A stretch of 64,000 nucleotides of DNA, taken from NCBI GenBank assembly GCA_039588295.1, contig JBDHAB010000018.1:1-64000 (forward strand). The letters are read 5' to 3'. Under the pieces are notes generated by a model, which ran no database searches, had not been told where the DNA came from, and saw nothing but the letters and a program-made list of their open reading frames with translations. Source of the stretch: Gemmatimonadota bacterium. Its GTDB lineage: Bacteria; Gemmatimonadota; Gemmatimonadetes; Gemmatimonadales; GWC2-71-9. Below, piece by piece: positions 10,135 to 20,995 of the stretch. Positions within the stretch are counted from its first letter, which is position 1. Each line of letters starts with the position of its first letter. Position numbers and translations under genes: made by a program.

Positions 10135-10832
10135 GCGCGATTCTCGAGGCTCGCAACGTCCGCAAGGTTTACCGCGGCGGTGACAACACGCCCGTCACAG
10201 TATTGACAGGCGTGGATCTCACGCTCCGGCGAGGCGAGGCGGTGGCCATTCTCGGGGCGAGCGGGGCCGGCAAGAGCACCTTGTTGCACCTCCTCGGAGC
10301 GCTCGACGTGCCTACCGGAGGGGACATACAGCTCGACGGCGTGCCATACGCGTCCCTCACCAGTGAGGCACGGGACGAGCTCCGGAATCGGAAAGTCGGA
10401 TTCGTGTTCCAGTTTCATCACCTGCTTCGCGAGTTCACAGCGCTCGAGAACGTCATGATGCCGCTGCTTATCGCGGGTAGGGAGGAGGCATCCGCCCGCA
10501 GTCGGGCGGAGGAACTCCTGGCGGGAGTCGACTTGGCAGGCCGTATGTCACATCGCCCAGCGGCGCTCTCCGGAGGCGAGCAGCAGCGCTGCGCGGTTGC
10601 CAGAGCCATGGTCCACGACCCGATGGTGCTCCTGGCGGATGAACCGAGCGGCAACCTGGACGATTTCCACAGCGAACAGCTCAACGAGCTGCTGTTCGGT
10701 TTAGTGCGGAGCCTCGAGACCGCGCTGGTCGTGGTCACGCACAATCGCGCAGTCGCCGATCGGGCTGACCGTGTGATGGTGCTGCACAACGGCGTGCTGC
10801 AAGGCGTGAGCACTCGAGAGGCGATCCCGTAA
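10131..10832 (+). CDS. lolD: Lipoprotein-releasing ABC ATPase
   Basis: GASGAGKS, GFVFQFHHLL, LSGGEQQR, LADEPSGNLD. Confidence 0.9.
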   Translation: MSAILEARNVRKVYRGGDNTPVTVLTGVDLTLRRGEAVAILGASGAGKSTLLHLLGALDVPTGGDIQLDGVPYASLTSEARDELRNRKVGFVFQFHHLLREFTALENVMMPLLIAGREEASARSRAEELLAGVDLAGRMSHRPAALSGGEQQRCAVARAMVHDPMVLLADEPSGNLDDFHSEQLNELLFGLVRSLETALVVVTHNRAVADRADRVMVLHNGVLQGVSTREAIP

Positions 10833-11329
10833 TGCAATGTGATAACTGCGGCGAACGGCCGGCGGCCATCCATCTCACGCAGATCGTCGACAACTCCGTC
10901 ACGACCGCCCATCTGTGCGAGCAATGCGCCGCGGAGAAGGGCGTCCAAACGGGGGCGACGATTGCCAAGTTCCCTCTGTCGGGATTCCTGGCCTCGGTCG
11001 GGCAGGGGGCGGCGGCGGTGCTGCCCGAAGCCGCCGACGCCGGCGCATGCGGATCCTGCGGTGCCACGCTCCAGGATTTCCGGGAGACCGGGAGGCTGGG
11101 GTGTGCGCACTGCTATGCGACCTTCGAGACGCACCTCAGGGAGCTGTTGCGACGGATTCATGGCGCAACGCATCACACTGGGAAACTGTATCTCGAGACG
11201 GCACCGACCACCGCGAGCGACACCCCACGCCTCCTGACGGAGCTGCGCGATCGCCTCCGCCGGGCCGTCGAGGCCGAGAATTTCGAGCTCGCAGCGGAAC
11301 TGCGCGATAGGATTCGAGGGTTGGAATGA
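10832..11329 (+). CDS. mcsA: McsA protein-arginine kinase activator (CxxC motifs plus UVR domain)
   Basis: CDNC, CEQC, CGSC, GRLGCAHCY, ENFELAAELRD. Confidence 0.93.
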   Translation: MQCDNCGERPAAIHLTQIVDNSVTTAHLCEQCAAEKGVQTGATIAKFPLSGFLASVGQGAAAVLPEAADAGACGSCGATLQDFRETGRLGCAHCYATFETHLRELLRRIHGATHHTGKLYLETAPTTASDTPRLLTELRDRLRRAVEAENFELAAELRDRIRGLE

Positions 11330-12435
11330 CCCTGGATTTCAGCTTGCTCCCCGATGGGGGCATGTCCTGGCTCGATGCGAGTGGGCCGCACAGTGACGTG
11401 GTGCTGTCGACGAGAATCCGGCTCGCGCGCAATCTTCAAGGCAAGGCGTTCACCGGCAGGGCGCAGCCCGACGATCTCGAATCCGCGCGCGATCAGCTCG
11501 TCGCGGCCGGTCGCGACACCACGGCCCTCAAGGACGGCGCGGTGTTCCATGTTGACGGCATGGAACGCCTCGATCGACTGCTGCTTCACGAGCGACACAT
11601 GATCTCGCGCGAGCTCGCGGGGCTCGAGCGAGCGCAGCCGGTTCGCCACGGGGCGGCGCTGCTGACGTGTGGCGATCTCGGGCTCATGATCAATGAGGAA
11701 GACCACGTGCGCCTCCAGGTGCTGCGCTCCGGGTTCGCCCTCTCGCAGGCCTACACCGACATCGAGCAGCTTGACACGGAGCTCGGCACGCGAATTCCCG
11801 TCGCGTTCCATCCGGAGTTCGGTTACCTTACCGCCTGTCCGACAAATGCGGGGACGGGGCTGCGGGCGTCGGTGCTGATCCACCTCCCGGGTCTCGTGCT
11901 CACGAAGGAAATCGGTCGAGTCCTCCAGGGACTCGCCCAGGTGGGCCTGACTTTCCGGGGGCTCTACGGCGAGGGCAGCGAAGTCGTGGGGAACTTCTTC
12001 CAGCTTTCCAATCAGACGACCCTCGGCAAATCGGAGGGGGACCTGCTCGAGCACCTCGGCACCATGGTCCGGCAGGTAGTGGAGTATGAAGAACAGGCCA
12101 GAGCCGTTCTCCAGCGCGAAGCGCCCGCGGTGATTGCTGACAAGGTCTGGCGGGCCTACGGCCTCCTGCGGTACGCCAGGAGCCTCTCCTTCGAGGAGAC
12201 CATGAACCTGCTGAGCGGCGTGCGGCTGGGTGTCGGGCTGAACCTGATCCACGACGTAAGTGTATACACGTTGAACAAGCTGCTGATTTTCACGCAGCCC
12301 GCGCACCTGGCAGAACGCGAAGGGAGCGCGCTCTCCGATCCGGAGCTTCCGGTGAGCCGCGCGAACCACGTGCGCCGCGTGTTGGAATCTGACGCCGCCC
12401 GCGGCGTATCGGGTGGGGACGGCGGACCCAGCTAG
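11326..12435 (+). CDS. mcsB: Protein-arginine kinase
   Basis: STRIRLARN, MINEEDH, GYLTACPTNAGTGLRAS, QLSNQTTLG. Confidence 0.95.
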   Translation: MTLDFSLLPDGGMSWLDASGPHSDVVLSTRIRLARNLQGKAFTGRAQPDDLESARDQLVAAGRDTTALKDGAVFHVDGMERLDRLLLHERHMISRELAGLERAQPVRHGAALLTCGDLGLMINEEDHVRLQVLRSGFALSQAYTDIEQLDTELGTRIPVAFHPEFGYLTACPTNAGTGLRASVLIHLPGLVLTKEIGRVLQGLAQVGLTFRGLYGEGSEVVGNFFQLSNQTTLGKSEGDLLEHLGTMVRQVVEYEEQARAVLQREAPAVIADKVWRAYGLLRYARSLSFEETMNLLSGVRLGVGLNLIHDVSVYTLNKLLIFTQPAHLAEREGSALSDPELPVSRANHVRRVLESDAARGVSGGDGGPS

Positions 12436-12475
12436 TGGGCCGCCTGACGATGTTGACCTACAGTGTGACGGACAG

Positions 12476-14947
12476 ATGAACGGATACAACTTCACAGATC
12501 GGGTGCGGAAGGTACTACAGATGGCGCGTGAGGAGGCGGCACGCCTGCATCATGAGTACGTCGGCACCGAGCACATTCTGCTGGGTCTCATCCGTGAAGG
12601 CGAGGGGGTCGCGGCCGCGGTGTTGACCAACTTGAACGTCGACCTCGACGAGATTCAGCAGAAGATCGAGGAAACGGTCAAGAAGGGGAAGGCACCGGCC
12701 CCCGAGGGCCCGGACCTGCCGTACACCTCGCGAGCGAAGAAAGTGCTCGAACTCGCGATGAGCGAGGCTCGGGAGCTCAACCATTCTTACGTGGGCACCG
12801 AACACCTGCTGCTCGGGCTGCTCCGCGAAGAAAAGGGGATTGCGGCCCAGGTGCTCGGGGACGCCGGGGTCAACTTGGAGCAGGCACGCGCGGAGACGTT
12901 GCGTCTGCTCGGCTCCGACATGCCGGCGACCACGAAGGGAACACCGGTCGCTGGGAGTCCCCGCACCGAAAAGAAATCCAAGACCCCTGCGCTCGATCAC
13001 TTCTGTCGCGATTTGACCGCCCTCGCGGGCGACGGACAACTCGACCCCACGATCGGCCGCACGCAGGAGATCGAGCGGGTCATCGAAGTGCTCTCGCGCC
13101 GCAAGAAGAACAACCCGGTCCTGATCGGTGAAGCCGGTGTCGGGAAGACGGCGATCGTGGAGGGACTCGCGCAGTTGATCGCCACCGGCGGCTGCCCCGA
13201 GTCGCTGAAGACACACCGCGTGCTGGCGCTCGACATGGCAGCGGTCATCGCCGGCACCAAGTACCGCGGCCAGTTCGAGGAACGGCTCAAGGCCGTGATG
13301 AACGAGATCGCGCAGAACCGGAGCGTGATCCTGTTCATCGACGAGCTACATACGCTCGTCGGGGCCGGCGCCGCGGAGGGCGCGATCGACGCCTCCAACA
13401 TGCTCAAGCCGGCGCTTGCCAGGGGGGAGCTGCAGTGCGTCGGCGCCTCCACCCTCAACGAGTATCGCAAGTACATCGAGAAGGACGGAGCGCTCGAGCG
13501 CCGGTTCCAGACTGTCATCGTCGATCCCCCCACCGTGGACGAGACGATCGACATTCTCAAGGGGTTGCGACAGCGCTACGAAGACCATCACCGCGTCGTG
13601 ATTCCGGATCAGTCGCTGCAGATGTCTGCGCGGCTCTCCGAGCGCTACATCACGGACCGGTTCCTTCCCGACAAGGCGATCGATGTCATCGACGAGGCAG
13701 CGGCCCGCGCGCGACTTGCCGCGCAAGTGCCGCCGCCGGAGGTCGCGGAGCTCAAGGAACGTCTCGAGGCCATCAATCGCGACAAGGAAGAGGCCGTCCG
13801 CGATCAGAACTTCGAGCGCGCCGCGTCACTTCGCGATCAGGAGCGGGAGCTACAGGCCGATATTCGCAAACGGCAAGAAGAATGGGAGAAGGAACGGCAA
13901 GCTCATCGCCCCACGATCGGTGAGGAGGAGATCTCGTTCATCGTGTCGCGATGGACCGGCATCCCGGTCACACGGCTGCAGGAGGCGGAGACGCAACGAC
14001 TCCTCCGCATGGAAGGGGAGATACACAAGTCCGTCGTGGGCCAGAACCAGGCGATCGACGCCATCTCGCGGGCGATCCGGCGCTCGCGGGCCGGGCTCAA
14101 GGATCCGCGCCGGCCGATCGGGACCTTCGTCTTCTGCGGGCCCACCGGGGTCGGCAAGACGGAGTTGGCGCGGGCGCTAGCACGATTCCTGTTTGCCGAC
14201 GATCAGGCGCTGATTCGCGTCGATATGTCGGAGTACATGGAGAAGTTCAGTGTGAGCCGGCTGATCGGCGCCCCGCCGGGCTACGTAGGCTACGAAGACT
14301 CCGGTGCGCTCACCAAGTCCGTCAGGCGGAAGCCCTACTCGGTCGTGTTGCTGGATGAGATCGAAAAGGCACATCCCGACGTCTTCAACATCCTGCTCCA
14401 GGTGCTCGACGAGGGCCATCTGACCGACAATTACGGACGGAAGATCGACTTCAAGAACACGGTCGTGATCATGACGTCGAACATTGGCGGCCGCGACATC
14501 TCGAAGGGCAAGTCCATGGGCTTCGATCAGCCCGACGACCAGAGTTCCTTCGAACGTATGGAGCAGAAAGTGCGCGAAGAGGTGAACCGGGTGTTCAATC
14601 CCGAGTTCCTGAACCGCCTCGACGACGTCATCGTGTTCCACGCGTTGAACCGAGACCACATCGGTCAGATCGTGGGCATCCTCTTTGACCAGGTGCAGGA
14701 GCGAATCGCCCCGGAGGGGTACACGATTTCGCGAACCGAGGCCGCGACGACCTTCCTGGTGGACCACGGCTACGACGAATCGTTCGGGGCCCGTCCACTG
14801 AAGCGGGCCATCCAGCGTTACGTCGAAGACCCGCTCTCCGACAAGATCTTGCTCGGGGAGTTCGGCCCGGGTGACGAGATCGAAATCGACGTCGATCCGG
14901 ATGGAGACAAGCTCGTGTTCCGCGCACTCTCGGGTTCAAAGGCCTAA
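12476..14947 (+). CDS. clpC: ATP-dependent Clp protease ATP-binding subunit ClpC
   Basis: Two Clp-N repeats, [11 protein letters not shown] middle domain, [11 protein letters not shown] ClpP-binding loop; start MNGYNFT. Confidence 0.95.
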   Translation: MNGYNFTDRVRKVLQMAREEAARLHHEYVGTEHILLGLIREGEGVAAAVLTNLNVDLDEIQQKIEETVKKGKAPAPEGPDLPYTSRAKKVLELAMSEARELNHSYVGTEHLLLGLLREEKGIAAQVLGDAGVNLEQARAETLRLLGSDMPATTKGTPVAGSPRTEKKSKTPALDHFCRDLTALAGDGQLDPTIGRTQEIERVIEVLSRRKKNNPVLIGEAGVGKTAIVEGLAQLIATGGCPESLKTHRVLALDMAAVIAGTKYRGQFEERLKAVMNEIAQNRSVILFIDELHTLVGAGAAEGAIDASNMLKPALARGELQCVGASTLNEYRKYIEKDGALERRFQTVIVDPPTVDETIDILKGLRQRYEDHHRVVIPDQSLQMSARLSERYITDRFLPDKAIDVIDEAAARARLAAQVPPPEVAELKERLEAINRDKEEAVRDQNFERAASLRDQERELQADIRKRQEEWEKERQAHRPTIGEEEISFIVSRWTGIPVTRLQEAETQRLLRMEGEIHKSVVGQNQAIDAISRAIRRSRAGLKDPRRPIGTFVFCGPTGVGKTELARALARFLFADDQALIRVDMSEYMEKFSVSRLIGAPPGYVGYEDSGALTKSVRRKPYSVVLLDEIEKAHPDVFNILLQVLDEGHLTDNYGRKIDFKNTVVIMTSNIGGRDISKGKSMGFDQPDDQSSFERMEQKVREEVNRVFNPEFLNRLDDVIVFHALNRDHIGQIVGILFDQVQERIAPEGYTISRTEAATTFLVDHGYDESFGARPLKRAIQRYVEDPLSDKILLGEFGPGDEIEIDVDPDGDKLVFRALSGSKA

Positions 14948-14949
14948 GC

Positions 14950-17337
14950 ATGCGGCGTCTGCTGCTGTTCGCCGCACTGAGCACTTTGCTGGCTCCCGGG
15001 CTTGGGGCCCAGGAGGCCCCGGCGCAGGCGATCGCGGTCGACAGCGTCGCGATTGAAGGCGTCCGTCGGGTCACGCCCGAGACGGTCGTCAACGCCGCTG
15101 CCATCCCGCTTGGCGAGCCGATCGGGTTCCGCAACCTCCAGCGCGCCATGAACGCCGTGTTCGCCCTGGGGCAGTTCGACGATATCCGGTTCGAGCAAGG
15201 GCGGTTCGGCGGGAGAGAGATCCTCCGCATCGTGGTGGTGGAACGGCCACTCCTCACGGGCTGGGCGGTACAGGGCGTCGAGAACCTGTCCCAACGCAAG
15301 GTCCGCGGGAAGGTCAGCCTGCTGTCGGGCCGACCCCTGGATCGCGCCATGGCAGCCAGATCGCGAGCCGCCATCGATTCGCTGTACCAGGAAGACGGCT
15401 ATTACCTGACCGAGGTGTTCATCCATGAGCTCCCCCAGCCGGATGGCACAGTCCAGCTCGTGTTCGAGGTCGACGAGGGGCGGCGGGTGAAAATCAGTCA
15501 GGTCGCGATCGACGAGAACGAGCACTTCACCGACGCTGAGATCGTCGGCGCCATGCGCAGCAAGCCTGAGGGATTCTGGTGGTTCCGGCGCGGCGATTTC
15601 AACGATGACGAGCTGCAGCTCGACATCCGCGACCGGATTCCGCGGTTCTACGCCTCACGCGGCTTCATCGACTTTCAGGTCGCCGACGATTCACTCCTCG
15701 TGGATGAGGAATCGGGCAAGGGTACACTCCTCCTCACCGTGCGCGAAGGTGAGCGGTACGACGTCGGAACCTTCGAGATCGTCGGCAATCGCTTCTTCCC
15801 CTCGGGTCAGCTGGAGCGCTATTACCCCTTCGCTACTCGAACGACCGGCTTTCTCGGATTGGGGGGAACCAGCCAGGAGATCCAGGTCTTCAATCAGGAG
15901 AAGTGGGACGACGCGACCCAGCAGATTCGCACCCTCTACGCGAACAGCGGATACATCTACGCGCAGATTGCCGGGACGACCTCGCGACGACGAACGGAGG
16001 ATGGACGCAACGTCGTCGATCTGCGGTGGCAGATCGTCGAGCGGCAACCGGCAGTCGTGAACAAGGTCGTCATTCGCGGGAACGACGTCACGCACGAGGA
16101 CGTGATCCGGCGGGCCATCGTCGTGATACCGGGCGACGTGATGCGACAGGACGCGCTGATCAAATCGTACCAGAGCATCTCCAACCTCGGGTTCTTCGAG
16201 CAGCCACTCCCGGTTCCGACGACCGAGCAGGCCAATCAGCAAGGTGATGTAGACGTCGTGTTCACGGTGCAGGAGCGACACACCGGCAACATCAACTTCG
16301 GAGCCTCGGTTGGGCAGGGGACCGGCCTCGGCGGCTTCATCGGACTCGACGAGCCCAACCTGTTCGGGCGCGCCAAGCGGGTCTCCCTGCAGTGGCAGTT
16401 CGGCCGCAACATCAACAACTTCAACATCTCCTACACGGATCCGGCGCTCAAGGGAAGCCTCATCTCCGGAACGGTCTCACTGCACAACTCCCGGCTGCGG
16501 TACACGGTCGCCGATCTTGGCCGCATCACGTCCCGTGGCGGCAGCATCCAAATCGGGCTTCCGTTCAGGGGCTCGCGCTACACCCGCTTGTTTGCTTCGT
16601 ATTCACTGGAGCAGAGCGACTTCGACTCCCCGACGCTGACATCCCGGTTCCTGTGTGATAACTGCGTGTTGTCGAGCGCGTCTCTCTCGCTCGCGCGCGA
16701 TACCCGCATCGATCTCCCGTTCCCGACCGGTGGAGCCCTGCATCGGCTGACCGTGGCGCAAGGCGGCGGCCCCCTCGGCGGCAGCGGGAATTTCCGACGG
16801 GCGACGTTCGAGGGCCGATGGTACACGCCCCTCACCTCACTGGGGTCGGACGACCCGTTGAGCAGCCCAATGAAGATCCTGCTCGGGCTCGGCGCGAACG
16901 CAGGATTCGTCTGGGGGGACGTGGGGCCGCACTTCCGACAGCTGTTTTCGATGGGCGGAACGCAGTTCGGCATTCCGCTTCGCGGGTACGAGGAGTTCTC
17001 GATCACACCGGGCGGATTCGATCCGCTGTCGAGTGGTCAGCAGGCTAGCACCGTCGACGCGTTCGGTGCGTCGTACCTGGCGCTCACCGCAGAAGTCGGA
17101 CTGAGGGTGAGTCAGGCCATTTACCTCAGTACGTTTATGGATGCCGGAAACGTGTGGGACTCTCCGGGGCACTTCAATCCGACACGACTGTTCCGCGGCG
17201 CCGGTGTTGGCGTGAGTCTCGTCACACCGCTCGGCCCGATTGGACTCGACTACGCCTATGGGTTCGATCGACTCGATCTCCTGGGCGATCCGGACCCAGG
17301 GTGGAAGTTCCATTTCAAGATTGGCAATTTCTTCTAG
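14950..17337 (+). CDS. bamA: Outer membrane protein assembly factor BamA
   Basis: Signal peptide, POTRA repeats, NLFG, LRGY, TPLGPIGLDY, C-terminal Phe. Confidence 0.95.
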   Translation: MRRLLLFAALSTLLAPGLGAQEAPAQAIAVDSVAIEGVRRVTPETVVNAAAIPLGEPIGFRNLQRAMNAVFALGQFDDIRFEQGRFGGREILRIVVVERPLLTGWAVQGVENLSQRKVRGKVSLLSGRPLDRAMAARSRAAIDSLYQEDGYYLTEVFIHELPQPDGTVQLVFEVDEGRRVKISQVAIDENEHFTDAEIVGAMRSKPEGFWWFRRGDFNDDELQLDIRDRIPRFYASRGFIDFQVADDSLLVDEESGKGTLLLTVREGERYDVGTFEIVGNRFFPSGQLERYYPFATRTTGFLGLGGTSQEIQVFNQEKWDDATQQIRTLYANSGYIYAQIAGTTSRRRTEDGRNVVDLRWQIVERQPAVVNKVVIRGNDVTHEDVIRRAIVVIPGDVMRQDALIKSYQSISNLGFFEQPLPVPTTEQANQQGDVDVVFTVQERHTGNINFGASVGQGTGLGGFIGLDEPNLFGRAKRVSLQWQFGRNINNFNISYTDPALKGSLISGTVSLHNSRLRYTVADLGRITSRGGSIQIGLPFRGSRYTRLFASYSLEQSDFDSPTLTSRFLCDNCVLSSASLSLARDTRIDLPFPTGGALHRLTVAQGGGPLGGSGNFRRATFEGRWYTPLTSLGSDDPLSSPMKILLGLGANAGFVWGDVGPHFRQLFSMGGTQFGIPLRGYEEFSITPGGFDPLSSGQQASTVDAFGASYLALTAEVGLRVSQAIYLSTFMDAGNVWDSPGHFNPTRLFRGAGVGVSLVTPLGPIGLDYAYGFDRLDLLGDPDPGWKFHFKIGNFF

Positions 17338-17361
17338 CTCAACTCCAGCAGGATTGTGACT

Positions 17362-17919
17362 ATGTCCGTTGATCGTAAGAAGGCTCGCGTTGCACTGGTG
17401 GCGCTTGGAGTGATTTTGGTCGTGGGCGTGGCGGCGATTCCAGCACCACAGCCGCAGAACACCGTTCGCTATGCCTATGTGAGCTCCGAGCTCATTCTTC
17501 GGCAGACCCCCGGGTTTGCACAGGCAGAGTCGACGCTCACCGCCGAGATCGCCAGCTATCGTGGAGAGGTTCAGAGACTGCAGCAAGTCCTGGACTCGGC
17601 CATCACTGCATTCAATCAGCAGTCCATCGTGCTGACACCGACCGCGCGGTCGGAGAAGACAGACGAGCTGCGCTCGCTGCAGCAGCAGCTGGAGAATCGG
17701 ACCACGGAGCTGCAGACCCGCGCCCAGGAGCGGCAGCGCGAGCTCGTGAGCCCGCTCGAGGATCGGATTCAACGGGTCATCGATGGCCTGCGGGCTGAGC
17801 GAAATCTCTCGCTGATTTTTGACGTCTCAGCGCCCGGGAACAACATCGTCTCCGCCGACCCGGTGCTGGACCTGACGGGGACGGTCGTGCGCCGGCTCCA
17901 AGGCGCCTCCGGGCCGTAG
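17362..17919 (+). CDS. skp: OmpH/Skp periplasmic chaperone
   Basis: YAYVS, coiled coil, LSLIFD...DLTGTV; located after bamA. Confidence 0.88.
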   Translation: MSVDRKKARVALVALGVILVVGVAAIPAPQPQNTVRYAYVSSELILRQTPGFAQAESTLTAEIASYRGEVQRLQQVLDSAITAFNQQSIVLTPTARSEKTDELRSLQQQLENRTTELQTRAQERQRELVSPLEDRIQRVIDGLRAERNLSLIFDVSAPGNNIVSADPVLDLTGTVVRRLQGASGP

Positions 17920-17926
17920 CGGCGGA

Positions 17927-18961
17927 GTGCGCTTTCGCGCCGCGGTAACGGCCGGCCAGGTCGCGGACCTGGTCGGCGGTGAACTCGTTGGGCGAAGGGA
18001 TCTCAGACTCGCCGGGGTGGCCCCGCTCGATCGGGCCGGCCCCGGCGATCTCTCGTTATACAGCTCCCGGCGATACCTGGGAGCGTTGCGCCGCACGGAG
18101 GCCGGTGCAGTGCTGGTGACCCCGGACCTGCAACGGGACGCCGACACCGGCCGTACCCTGCTGATCGTCGCGGACGCGGGTGCGGCGCTCTCAACACTGA
18201 GCGAGTCCCTGGTCCCGCCTCCGCCAACTCGGTGGGGAATTCACCCAACCGCGTGCCTCGGATCGGGGTGTCGCTGGACGGGACGGATCTCCATCGGTGC
18301 GCGCGCGAGATTGGGAGGCAATGTCCTGCTCGGCACCGACTGCTGGATCGGACCGCACGCCATCGTGGAAGACGGAGCGTCCCTCGGGGACGCGTGCCGC
18401 ATCGAGGCCGGCGCCCTCGTGCATCGCGGGACGCGTCTGGGAGATCGCGTGGTGGTCCGCACCGGAGCGCGGGTTGGCGGCGCCGGGTTCGGATTCACCC
18501 GGACACCCAACGGGCCCCGACGGCTCGCGCAGCTTGGAAACTGTATCATCGAGCATGACGTCGAGATCGGAGCCAACGCGACCGTGGACCGCGGCGGGTT
18601 GGGAGATACGATCGTGGGGGCCGGAACGAAGATCGACAATCTGGTGCAGATCGCCCACAATGTGCGTGTTGGCGCACGTTGCATCATCATGGCTCAGGTC
18701 GGGATTGCCGGCAGCACCACGGTGGAGGACGACGTCATGCTGGCCGGCCAGGCCGGACTTGCCGACCACCTCACGGTGGGACGTGGCGCCAGGGTCGCGG
18801 CCCAGGGCGGTGTCATCGGCGACGTCGCACCCGGCGCAACCGTCTCGGGGTACCCGGCACGCGACCATCGAACCGTTCTCCGACAGGTCGCCGCGGTACG
18901 CAAGCTCGTACCGCTCGTCCCCTCCCTCGAAAGGATGCTCGAGACTCATGAGCGAACGTAG
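17927..18961 (+). CDS. lpxD: UDP-3-O-acylglucosamine N-acyltransferase
   Basis: Hexapeptide repeats, GFGF, VEIGANATVDRG, TKIDNLVQIAHNV. Confidence 0.95.
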   Translation: MRFRAAVTAGQVADLVGGELVGRRDLRLAGVAPLDRAGPGDLSLYSSRRYLGALRRTEAGAVLVTPDLQRDADTGRTLLIVADAGAALSTLSESLVPPPPTRWGIHPTACLGSGCRWTGRISIGARARLGGNVLLGTDCWIGPHAIVEDGASLGDACRIEAGALVHRGTRLGDRVVVRTGARVGGAGFGFTRTPNGPRRLAQLGNCIIEHDVEIGANATVDRGGLGDTIVGAGTKIDNLVQIAHNVRVGARCIIMAQVGIAGSTTVEDDVMLAGQAGLADHLTVGRGARVAAQGGVIGDVAPGATVSGYPARDHRTVLRQVAAVRKLVPLVPSLERMLETHERT

Positions 18962-20222
18962 ACGCACCGTCGGGCGAGAAGCCTCCGTGCGCGGCACCGG
19001 ACTGCACACGGGAGCCCACGCGACGGTCACGCTGAAACCTGGAACGAGCGGTACCGGCATTGTCTTCCGTCGGACCGACCTCCCGGACCGGCCGGAGATT
19101 CCGGCGCGGCTGAGCGCCCTGGGCCACGCCGACCGCCGAACCTGCCTCGGCACAGGCGAGCATTCGGTGAGCACCGTCGAGCATCTGCTGGCTGCGGCCG
19201 CGGCGCACGGGATCGACGATCTCTTGATCGAGGTCGACGGCCCCGAAGTGCCGATCGGCGACGGCAGCGCCGCGTCGTTCGTTCGCGCCCTCGAGGAGGC
19301 CGGAACAAGCGAGCTGGACGGGACACCGGCACAGATCGCCGTCACGAGCCCGATCGTCGTGCGGGATGGGGACGCGAGGTACCACGTCGCGCCGAGCGAC
19401 GAGCTGCGGCTCACGGTCACCATCGAGTGGGATCACCCCCTCATTGGGCGTCAGAGCGGCTGCTACGATGTGACGCGCGCGCAGTTCCTCTCGGAACTTG
19501 CCAATGCTCGGACGTTCGGGTTCCGCAGCGAAGAGCGCACGCTGCGCGACCAGGGCCTCATTCAAGGAGCGTCGCCAGACAACACGATCATTCTTTCGGA
19601 CGAGAAGGCGGAAGTTGACCTGCGATGGCCCGATGAGTTCGTACGGCACAAGGCGGTCGACGTACTGGGCGATCTCGCATTGCTCGGCGGGCGGCTCTCA
19701 GCCGAGGTCGTGGCGTTCCGGCCGAGTCACGCCGGGAACGTGGCCGTTGCACGCGCGATCGAACGCACCACCACACGGAACGCGCCTCCCGTGATGGGCA
19801 TCCAGGAGATCCTCGGCGTGCTTCCCCATCGCTACCCCTTCCTCCTCGTGGACCGGATCCTCGAGATCGAGACGGGCAAGCGGATCATCGGACTCAAGAA
19901 CGTCACGATGAACGAGCCATTCTTCCCCGGTCACTTCCCGGACCACCCGGTCATGCCCGGCGTACTCATCGTCGAGGCGATGGCGCAAACGGGCGGCATG
20001 CTGTTGTTGGGACAGGTGGACGACCCGGAGGGCAAGGTCGTGTACTTCATGTCCATCGACGGCGTCAAGTTCCGCAAACCTGTCATCCCCGGCGACCAGC
20101 TTCGGTTCGAACTGGAGATGCTCAAGTTTCGGGGCAAGACATGTCGCATGCGTGGAGTCGCCTACGTTGATGGACAACCTGTGGCGGAAGCAGAAATGAT
20201 GGCCGCAATCGTCGATCGATGA
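18948..20222 (+). CDS. lpxC/fabZ: Bifunctional LpxC deacetylase / FabZ dehydratase
   Basis: [50 protein letters not shown]. Confidence 0.95.
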   Translation: MSERRRTVGREASVRGTGLHTGAHATVTLKPGTSGTGIVFRRTDLPDRPEIPARLSALGHADRRTCLGTGEHSVSTVEHLLAAAAAHGIDDLLIEVDGPEVPIGDGSAASFVRALEEAGTSELDGTPAQIAVTSPIVVRDGDARYHVAPSDELRLTVTIEWDHPLIGRQSGCYDVTRAQFLSELANARTFGFRSEERTLRDQGLIQGASPDNTIILSDEKAEVDLRWPDEFVRHKAVDVLGDLALLGGRLSAEVVAFRPSHAGNVAVARAIERTTTRNAPPVMGIQEILGVLPHRYPFLLVDRILEIETGKRIIGLKNVTMNEPFFPGHFPDHPVMPGVLIVEAMAQTGGMLLLGQVDDPEGKVVYFMSIDGVKFRKPVIPGDQLRFELEMLKFRGKTCRMRGVAYVDGQPVAEAEMMAAIVDR

Positions 20223-20995
20223 CCGTTACTATCCACCCAACCGCGCTGGTCGATCCCGATGCCGAGTTCGGGACAGGGGTGGGCGTTGGGCCGTACGCCG
20301 TCATTGGGCCGCGAGTCTCCGTCGGGGAGGCGACGACCATCGGGCCGCACGCCGTGCTCGAGCAGAACGTCCGGCTGGGGAATCACTGCACGGTCGGAGC
20401 GGGAAGCATTCTCGGAGCGGCACCGCAGGACCGCAAGTTTGCGGGTGAGCCGACCTGGGTCGAGGTCGGTGACGAAACGGTGCTGCGCGAATACGTCACC
20501 CTCCATCGCGGGACCACGGAGCGCGGGGTGACCAGCGTGGGGCGGCGCTGCTTCCTGATGACCTACGTCCACGTGGCCCATGACTGCGTCCTCGAAGACG
20601 ACGTTACCCTCGCGAACATGGTACAGCTCGCCGGGCATGTGCACATCGAAGCGCACGCGACCGTCGGTGGTCTGAGCCCCATCCACCAGTTCGTGCGTAT
20701 CGGGACCTACGCGTTCATCGGCGGCGGATCCCGGGTGCCGCAGGATGTGCCGCCGTTTACCAGGGCGGCCGGGAACCCATTACGCCTGTACGGCGTGAAC
20801 ACCGTGGGGCTCACGCGAGCGGGCTTCTCGAAGGACGCACGCCTGGCACTGAAGCACGCCTATCGACTGCTGTTCAACTCGGACCTGACCACGTCGGATG
20901 CAATTGCCGTTCTGTTGAGCGAGGGCGAACCGCTTCCGGAGGTCCGACAGCTGGTCGACTTTCTGTCGCGCTCCGAGCGCGGGGTCCTCGTATGA
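20219..20995 (+). CDS. lpxA: UDP-N-acetylglucosamine acyltransferase
   Basis: IHPTALVD, PQD, REYVTLHRGT, HVAHDC, HQFVRIG, QDVPPF. Confidence 0.96.
   Translation: MTVTIHPTALVDPDAEFGTGVGVGPYAVIGPRVSVGEATTIGPHAVLEQNVRLGNHCTVGAGSILGAAPQDRKFAGEPTWVEVGDETVLREYVTLHRGTTERGVTSVGRRCFLMTYVHVAHDCVLEDDVTLANMVQLAGHVHIEAHATVGGLSPIHQFVRIGTYAFIGGGSRVPQDVPPFTRAAGNPLRLYGVNTVGLTRAGFSKDARLALKHAYRLLFNSDLTTSDAIAVLLSEGEPLPEVRQLVDFLSRSERGVLV

Noticed and set aside
18297..18947. Long N-terminal extensions in ORF-track calls (LpxC 641 aa; likewise 21351, 24776, 25360, 41378, 42980, 43189, 44982)
   Set aside because: They overlap the upstream gene in another frame; family-typical starts lie at stop/start overlaps
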